Of a stretch of DNA of 64,000 bases, positions 55,112 through 64,000 are shown one piece after another. The stretch is from Eledone cirrhosa. Its lineage: Eukaryota. Where the stretch lies: the NCBI GenBank assembly GCA_964016885.1, contig OZ024745.1, positions 96,410,001 to 96,474,000 of the forward strand, written 5' to 3'. The number at the start of each line of letters is the position of its first letter. Position 1 is the stretch's first letter. The notes beneath the pieces were generated by a model. That model saw only the letters and a list, made by a program, of their open reading frames with translations. It made no database searches and was not told the DNA's origin. Position numbers and translations under genes: made by a program.

Positions 55112-55444
55112 AATTATTCTTAACTCTGAAGCCGAGAATCATTCGGTTTCCTAAATAGAATATTAGCCTACGACTTCATTTATACTATAAACGTGGTTTT
55201 GTCTTTGCGTGTAATTGTTCTCAGTGTTCCACATAACGACATATTATCTTCGCTTTTTTTCCGTTCATTGCTAGGGAACGTCTTCACAAACCAAAGTATC
55301 GTCTTCCTGTTTTCCGTCGGTAGCAATGTTTTTTGAAATATTTACTACTGCGTTCACAGATTGATTTTTTAGTTTCAGAAGATCCCGTTCAAGGTGAAAG
55401 CAGCGATTCTTTGCTTAAACTTTAATCTGTTATTTTAATAAATT

Positions 55445-55517
<73 letters not shown>

Positions 55518-55873
55518 TATATAAATAATGATAAACTTATATATAATAAAAAATAAAAAAAACGAATACAGAGATCCAATAACACATTATCTTATTAGTT
55601 CCATGTTTAATAGAAAAGAAAAGAAATAAATGTTTCAACGTATAGGGCATTAGTCCTTCGTCAGGACAGAGTAAAGTTTTGAGAAAGAGGAGGTTGGAAG
55701 ATTGGAAGGTTACGAATAAAACAACAATTAAGATGGGTGAGGAGGGCAGGCAAGTACTCCGGTGTGCGGGAATAGGGGCCGAGGTGGAGAGTCCTGGTTT
55801 ATCATTAGTGCAGTTATATGTGAGCACGTGGAGTTCATTTCATTGATGTGCGTATCGTTGATTTCATTTCGCC

Positions 55874-55969
<96 letters not shown>

Positions 55970-57331
55970 ATGTATACACATGTGTGCCTGTGATTTTTGT
56001 TACAATAACATTTATTAATATTATAAAGTTAGTGACAGAAAACACGCTACATGCAAACTAATGTGATCGTTTTCCATGACATGATATGCTAAAGCTATAG
56101 ACGAATTATTGTCTTTCAACGAGTCACTAGAAGTTTTACATTAGCTTTATATCACCTTTTACATTGACCTTCTACATACATTTCCATCTCTTTAGAAAAC
56201 ATTCATGTTAGATAAGCTGTAACCCCCAGCTAACCCGGTCATAACTGTCTCATCACAATTTAAACTCTGAATATCCCCCTTTTTATTTCACCTATTTAAA
56301 ATATTGATCTTTATCTCCATTATTCTAAATACTATTTTTAATCATTCTGTCTGTATTTGTTTTTTTGTGTTTTTTAGAATTAAATATTTGATCATTATGG
56401 CATTTATTCTATAATAGATTCCTCCTTTTATAGAGTTCTTTTAGACAAAGACGATTTTCAAGGAACTGTAAATAAACATACTTTTATGTTTTTCGTCTAC
56501 ACTTATTATAACTGCACTAGTTTAATATCAGTCACCATTGTAGATAAAGCTGTGCATTCTGTTGGCTGACAACAAATCGGATTACTTCTGTCATGTCGTC
56601 AGTTTTCAGGATTAGTTTAAGATGAAATCATTAAAGATTTAGACACATCACTCGTTTTATTATTATCATTATTATTATTTTGGAGTATCTCCGTTCTCTT
56701 ATTCTCATGCATGCACATGTCAATGAGCATAGATATAAATACACACAAATACACGCATATATACATCACTATATCTGATATTTCCTCACTCCTTTCAGCC
56801 GATTTAATGCCATGTAAAACATTTAAAGATGGAAACTATTGATAGTTTTAAAAAAAATTACCATTTCAGACAAAACAATGCCATAATAAAATGAATGCAG
56901 AAAACAAAAACACAACAACAAACACTGCAGATATTTTAATCCAATGAATATATTCAACCGGAAACAACATTGAATAAATACTCAATTTAAAATGGCGGCA
57001 TTTGGAGAGATGCTGACTTTTATGGAAGAATACTTCTGAAATTGAGAGTAGTTCTACTTTTAAACAAAAAGAATAAGAAAATGGTTTGAAGAAGAATTGA
57101 TTATAATTAGCTTCAAAATAATAAGTAGGAATGACTCAAATTTATATAATTATCATGGTATTGATTTACAGGAATTTTAACCTGGAAAATATAACAGCGT
57201 ACAATTCATGATTTTCTATAAATTGTTTAAGCAGAAAAAATCTAGTGTATTCATGTTCTGAGAAAGTTACTTTAGTTATAAAAAAATCATTCATCATCCA
57301 CTTACCTAACTATCCATATATCCATTCATAG

Positions 57332-57363
<32 letters not shown>

Positions 57364-57466
57364 GCTCTATCTATCTATCCATTTATCTATCTATTTAGCT
57401 ATTCATCTACCCACCTTCTTACTTGCCTATGTACCTAATCGCCTGTTTGCATATCCGTCTGTCTCT

Positions 57467-57593
57467 CTATTGGGGATTTCGAATGTTAAATTTGCTTGTT
57501 TTAATAATATTTTTACACGATTGTATGTAAAATCCCCGGCATGTGTCTTTGTATTGTCCCCTTTTCTTGTGCGCCCTTGTGACAAATAAAGAA

Positions 57594-57625
<32 letters not shown>

Positions 57626-57674
57626 CCTTTGTATTTGTCCCCTTCTTTTGTGCCCCTGTGGCTAATAAAGAAAT
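57467..57674 (+). mobile_element. Two short 3'-end remnants of the Tx1-like LINE (57467-57595 and 57626-57674)
   Basis: Match the 3' UTR at 63038-63160, each ending aataaagaaat followed by (TATC)n. Confidence 0.85.
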
Positions 57675-57675
57675 A

Positions 57676-57732
<57 letters not shown>

Positions 57733-57739
57733 CTTTATC

Positions 57740-58265
57740 TGCCTGACGCGTGGTAAGCTTTTTTGTTAATTTCTATGCAAAAAACCGAACTAATTGTTTG
57801 AAAAAACATAACATTTTGTAGATTAACCCCCAAGCTGAATTGTCAGCTGGGTGGTAATCCAACTTTTCGCCCCTTTAGGGGCGAAAATTTAAATTAAAAA
57901 TTGTTTTAAAATATCAAATTTTGCCAACTATAAAACATGAATAGCTCGGAAAGAACGCTAGAGACGTCGAGAGAGAGAAGAGAGAGAAAGAGGCAGATAT
58001 TAACGTTATATCTGCTTCTGCTACTATGGATGTCGCCATAGATACGACTGTCAACAAAGAGAAAAAATATTACCACTTGAAGATTTTAAAATTTCTACCG
58101 TCGAAGCGGAGAAACATAACAATAACACACAGGAAAACACAGGAATTAAACCTATTAACATACATACACATGAAAAAGACAACATCAACAACTCCATAGA
58201 TACATCTACACAAAGTTTCACCTCGTCAAGAAATTGAGATTTCCAACACCGAGGCTAACAACGAT

Positions 58266-58311
<46 letters not shown>

Positions 58312-61300
58312 GCAACACCACACACAAAAAATATCTTTCGCTGAAACAGTGAACAAAAAACAAGATTTTATAAATCTTGACATCTCCAGTGCAAGAGATA
58401 TGCTCCAGCAAGGGAGAAAATTTGTAACTTACGAAGACAAGGGTGGGTTTAGAATTAACTCACCCCTCGAAATAAAAGAAGAGACAGTTCGTAGGACAGT
58501 GACCTTTAGGACTGTCTCCAACACAACGAGTAAGTCGATATTTGTTAGTCAAGCAGATATAGAAGCGATCTTTAAGGAGATTCTAGCAAATATTGACTTT
58601 CTCCAACGAGGAAAACAGTACGGAAGTGTTTCCGTACTGTTTAAAAGAGAGGCACTCGCCCCAAAACATTCTGTGACACCAATGGTGTAAAAAGCATTCA
58701 CCTTTTTCCCTACATACATGGGAAAAAGGACACAAAAAAAAATATATATATATACCACCCAACGTTAACATCTGGTGGATCTTGGCTGGCTTCGTAGATC
58801 CAGAGACTGATATGATTCTTTCGATACGAAAATCTATTCGACAATGGTGGGCGGGTACTGATTTGGAGATTCTGATTCAAATGAAGCCGGAGAGAATCTC
58901 CAAAATACCCGAAAGAGTCGTCATTGACGACAACAACAAGATAAACATTACGGTGGAGGGTCGAAAACTTCATTGCTTTCGCTGTGCTAGCGCAGCACAC
59001 CTAAAGGCATCCTGTCCTTTAAAAACACACCACAACATCATTAAAAAAACACTATTACCAACACCAACACCAAAACAACCACCACAACAAGTACAACAAC
59101 AGACGAAACGAGAAAACACACCAAAACAAACAGCCACTCAACCAACAACAACAGAAAAAACAGAGACAACACCCCTGAAGAACACAGCCCCACCCATCCC
59201 ACTCCATTAAACACTACCACAAACACACACACCGAAACATCACCACCACACAACATACCCCTACCCCACACTCATGGCGATGATTATTCACCGATAAATG
59301 AAGAAGAAGGAGAGCCTCGGAAATCTAAAAAAGAGACACCACAAAACCCCACAAAACTACAATCATCAACCCCAACACACAACCACAGACACAAACAACA
59401 ACACAAACAACACCACAGTCAAACATCCCCCTACTAGCAAAACCAACACCACCCCAAACACAAGCACCCATCATAAAAAGAAAACTCCCGGACGAACAAC
59501 AAACTAAAACAACACAACAAAAACACAAACAAAAATACGCATGCATCAACACAAATAACAAGAGTTTGATGGAGGTCATCTCCCCAAACCCCAAGGTGGA
59601 GGCGGAGGGCAAAACTTTCGTCAAAGCAGAATCGTCTCAACACCTTAAACTTATAAGGGTTTGTATAGAGACCTATAGTGACCTAAAAAATAAATTTCCA
59701 CAGGACGTGGGCAACCCCTGCCAGAAACCCATCAACCGCGTCCTATTAAAATGTTTCCCCACCCCACCCAACACCCCCATCTAGCACCCAAATTGAGATT
59801 GAACAACCCGATCTCCAGGAAACGAAAAGGTAAGTGCACCTTTTCGTCCTTTTTCTCCAACTTTTCTTCACCAACATGGCTAGTTTACGAGTTGGAAGCG
59901 TGAATGTGCGTGGCCTAAGGATACCCTGGAAACAGGGTCAACTTTTAAACGACCTAGGTCACACGGTATGGATGTGATAACCATCACCGAGTCTAGGATC
60001 CACAAAAGGCAGCAACTAACCCCCATCTTCGACGACTTTGAGATCTACGCATCTCTCTGTCAGCCAGGAGGTGGAGGGGGAGTGGCTATCATGTTTCGGA
60101 AGAACTTGGACGTCGAAGTACATCAAGTACACTTAAACCCGGAGGGTAGACTGGTAGTCCTAGACGTGAACAGTATTGGAGGTGGAGCCTTCAGACTGGT
60201 GGCCGTTTATGCTCCGACGGGGCAATTGCAATCACGGCCAGACTTCTTTAAGCGTCTAGAGTCTTTTCTGGGAACATCTCGCTCCTTACTTTTAGCGGGG
60301 GACTGGAATGGTATCCTAGATGCACGATGGAACTATGTGGTAGAAAGTCCCAGTAGAGAGGGGGGGGGGGTGCAACAGCCTCAAAACTTTAATCGGCCAA
60401 ATCCAACTGGCCGTTAGGTATCGACTGGATTTCCTGACTGCATCACAGTGTGGACGTGGGCAAACCGCAGCGGGACATCTAGATCGTATTTAGATAGGTT
60501 CTTCATTAGAGAAAGAGACAAGGAGATGTTAAGCTGTCAACGAATGTACATGGTTTCCTACAGAGATCACAAATTAGTCGTCTGCTTAGTCAACCGTCAT
60601 AGAATACATAGACAGGGACCCGGATACTGGAAGCTTAACGTGTCGTTGCCGGCACGTAAAGCTTACAGTGGACGGATAAGAAGACTAGTCAAGCAACAGT
60701 TAACGTCAACAATAGATGGTACTCTCTCAAGAAAGCAATTAGAGTAGAATCGATAGAGTTTAGCAGAGAGTTAACCTTAGAAAAAAACAAAATAGAAAGA
60801 GAACTAGTAGCCAAGGTAGAGGAGGCACTCAGGAGAGGCAACGCGGCTAGAGTGTTTGCGTCGAGAACCGTACTAGACCAATTCTTCGATGCGAAACACG
60901 AAGGCTGCGTTGTCAGAAGCAAAACACGTGCTCTAGGAAATAAAGGAGCGAAACCTGTCAGCTGGGCCCGAGTGGCGGAGGCAAAAAGTGGCAACAAGTC
61001 CATGATTTGGTCTTTGAAAGACCAAAGCGGACGCGACCTACTTGACCCCAAGAAAATGTGCGCGGCCTTCCAGCAGCACTTTGCGCGACTGTTTGAGCAG
61101 AACGACGGTGAACCGAACGGGACAATGGACTTTAGTTCATACCCCGACGGCCTGCCGCGTCTCTCTAACATGGACGCTGAGTTCTGCGAAAGACCGATCA
61201 CGGGCACTGAGATACGGGACGCTCTGGGCCGCTGCTGGAAACGAAAGTCACCCGATCTAGATGGTCTACCCTATAAGTCTTACATAAGCATGCCGGACTT

Positions 61301-63160
61301 GTTCTCTGGCGTCTTCGAAGCCGTCTACTGCAATTGGCAGCAGAACGGGAGAATTCCCAGTTCTGCAGGCAAGGGCGTAGTAACGCTGATCATGAAAGAC
61401 GAGAACAAGGGGGACGAAATTAACAACTTCAGGTCCATAACTCTGCTCAACACAGAATTAAAGCTTTTGGCCAAGGTGCTAGCGACGAGGTTGGCGCTTG
61501 TCGTCGAGAACCTGGTAGGAAAAGCGCAAACGTGTGCAATCCCGACCAGGTCCATACACAACAACCTCCACCACATGCGATACATCATAGAGAGGGTGGG
61601 TAGTAAACCCGGCTTCGGTGGGGCTCTGTTCAATTTGGATCAGTCTAAGGCATTCGATAGGGTCGACCATCGATACTTGGAAGCGGTTCTCAAGGCGGCC
61701 GGTTTCGGTCCCGTGTCCAGAGGCTGGATCTAGGCGATGCACACCAGCATCTGCTCGAGGGTCAAGGTGAACGGCTACCTACGGAGCCATTCGCAGTCAC
61801 GCGGTCCATTCGACAGGGGTGCCGTCTCTCCTCCATTCTGTATGTATTGTCTCTAGAGCCATTACTGAGGAAATTGGAGCTGTTGCAGGGCATCCCTCTA
61901 GAACCAGGACTGCGCAAAGCGGCGTCGGCTTATGCCGACGACGTGTCGGTAATGGTGTCGAGCACTTCGAAAATCGGGTTGATCGGCAACTTACTGAAAG
62001 AATACGAAACGCTGACGGGAGCAAAACTAAACCCGGACAAGTCTGTCGGTTTGCAACTCGGTACGTGGAGAGGCAAACCGATGACGTCCGACAACATGCG
62101 CTGAGGCTGCGGCATCTCAAGGTATTCCTCACCGACCCCCCAACCGGTGTGGGCACCGTTTGTAAGACAGGCTTTCGCACAGCTCCTCCCACAGCTGCAG
62201 TCCTGGGTCAAGAAAAGACCGAAAACGATGGGCGCCTGGCACATTGAATGCGCTCAAGCGCTCACAGTCCACTGGCAAGCGGGCGCAGCAATCAGCGGAG
62301 ACTCCACTTCGACATTCTATAGAGGGATTGTACGTTACATGGCCGACGCCGTGCTCGGAGAGACTCTGGGCGTCGAAGACAATGAGCTCACCAGTCTGTT
62401 TGGTAGGACTTTCCCCCCGGGACCTATGGACAACTTCCAGAGGTCCCTGGCCAGGCAGTGCTACTGAGGAGCTCTACCGGTTCGTGACAAGATCTACAGG
62501 CACGGACTATTCCAAGAGGACGAGTCCAAGATGCGCGCAGGACATTGAAACAGTCCTGCACGCAATTGTACACTGCCCGGGCGTAACCGATGTAGAACAA
62601 CTGCTGTCGCGTATGGGACAAATCCAGTTGACTGCCGAGTTCATAGTAAGGATCAAACCGCCAGCCTCTTTAAAAAACGAAAGAGAGGCGGTTTTCCTCT
62701 GTACGGTGGCTATGGTGAAAGAAGTTATATGGTGGTCGAGATTGAGAGGACTGAGGACAGATGCCTTTATCTCCGGACAACAATTGCTTCCCTTCTTTAA
62801 GTATCACTTTAGAAGGAGAATCAGAGTGGAGAGAGAGGCACTGCACACGAGTAAATTTACTGAAAGGTGGGTGAATGAAGCGAAAATAGCCCGAGCGATT
62901 GGGCCTTCTCTGTTTATAAGCCTGTAGGTTAAAGAAGAGAGCAAAAGGAAGAAAGGAGCCCTTGCACAACACGCTCCTGCAGTTGAGGGTTGTTATATCG
63001 ACGGGGTATTAAACAACCCATTTGTGGCGCTGCCACCCTATTGGGGATTTCGATTGTTGTAATTGTTTGTTTTTATATTTTTACACGACTGTAAGTAAAA
63101 TCCCGGCATGTCTTTGTATTGTCCCCTTTTCTTGTGCGCCCTTGTGGCAAATAAAGAAAT
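57740..63160 (+). mobile_element. Tx1/L1-clade LINE, near full length, decayed
   Basis: ORF1 with CFRCASAAHLKASC knuckle; ORF2 from 59876 with SVNVRGL, VYAP, AGDWN, SYLDRF, GPGYWKLN, LDQSKAFDRVDH, RQGC, AYADD and a decayed CCHC; internal deletion near 62100-62240. Confidence 0.9.
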
Positions 63161-63183
63161 ATATCTATCTATCTATCTATCTC

Positions 63184-64000
63184 TGGGATGGACACATGTG
63201 TTGAACATGCTCGGTAAGTTTTGTTTAAATTTCTTTAGAAATTCGTCATTGTGAACTTTTATTTTTATACCAATTTGTAGAGGGACTGACAGGTCAAATT
63301 TTGATCTGGTCAGTTTCCCAAAATATCGTGCCCCTCAGGGCAAAAACATCCAACATATTTTCGAAAATGTTTTTGCAAAACACTTCAATTTAAAAAAAAT
63401 GGCCGAAGCAAAGGCACCTACTTCTTTGTCAATACAAGAAGATGGGAAGGGAAAGCCATGCCTACTTGACCAGCAGGTAGTAGCAGACATGGACAAAGGA
63501 ATGCCAACATTATCGCCTCAACATTTAGAAGAGGAACAAGCTTCAGCTGCTTGTAAGCAACTGAACACGGCTGACGTCACAAACGTCACATGTATCCACA
63601 TACAGAAGGAAGAATGTATAGCAAATACTAACACCACCACAAGCAACAACAACAACAACACAATAAATTAGAACAACAACAACAACAAAAAGAATCAGTG
63701 GCAACACAACGAATGAGACCATCATCACCACCAACAACAACAACAACAATAACAAAATTTCATTTGCAGCAACCGTTACTAAGCAACACGATTTTAAATA
63801 TTACACCATGGACATTTCCTAAAAGTCCCAATATTTGGAAGAAGCTTCCAACTATGTGACGTTTGAGGGAGACACGCCACACATACACATACCCCCACAA
63901 GTAAGAGAAATGCCACAGAAAAAGAAGCTAATTTATAGAACAGTTGACATCACTACCAAAAAACCCATAACGCTCCCAACAAGCACTATTGAAGCTGCAC
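63184..64000 (+). mobile_element. 5' part of another, diverged Tx1-like LINE (runs off the window)
   Basis: Starts right after (TATC)n; similar 5' UTR, poly-Asn tract and SFAATVTKQHDF matching SFAETVNKKQDF in the upstream ORF1. Confidence 0.7.

Larger units (their letters stand above)
51369..55442 (+). mobile_element. Near full-length Penelope-like (Naiad-like) element flanked by direct pLTRs; decayed
   Basis: Direct repeats 51369-52049 and 54800-55442 flank a broken RT plus GIY-YIG ORF. Confidence 0.88.

Overview
AT-rich, microsatellite-dense eukaryotic DNA. The SINE/LINE complement and (TA)n/(CA)n load suggest an octopus-like cephalopod (inference only). I found no credible host-gene exon, and most listed ORFs are microsatellite artefacts. 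The window holds decayed retroelements: RTE-clade LINEs (one with a PHD finger, one with three C2H2 fingers), an R4/Dong-like LINE, an Ingi/Vingi 3' fragment, a head-to-tail stack of Tx1-like LINEs in a (TATC)n tract, two Penelope-like (PLE, GIY-YIG) elements and about 25 copies of one tRNA-derived SINE. The most notable signal is a set of non-coding repeats, each carrying a type I hammerhead ribozyme in PLE-like tandem-plus-inverted architecture. These are a 419-bp retrozyme-like array (44.6-46.2 kb), a diverged copy with compensatory stem changes abutting a truncated PLE (38.4-38.95 kb), a long-stem-II hammerhead module (25.4-26.0 kb), a 210-bp palindrome with a hammerhead on each strand (18.9-19.1 kb) and a U3-A8 core variant at a PLE 3' end (36.8 kb). 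All calls were made by eye, so boundaries are approximate and no ribozyme activity is demonstrated.
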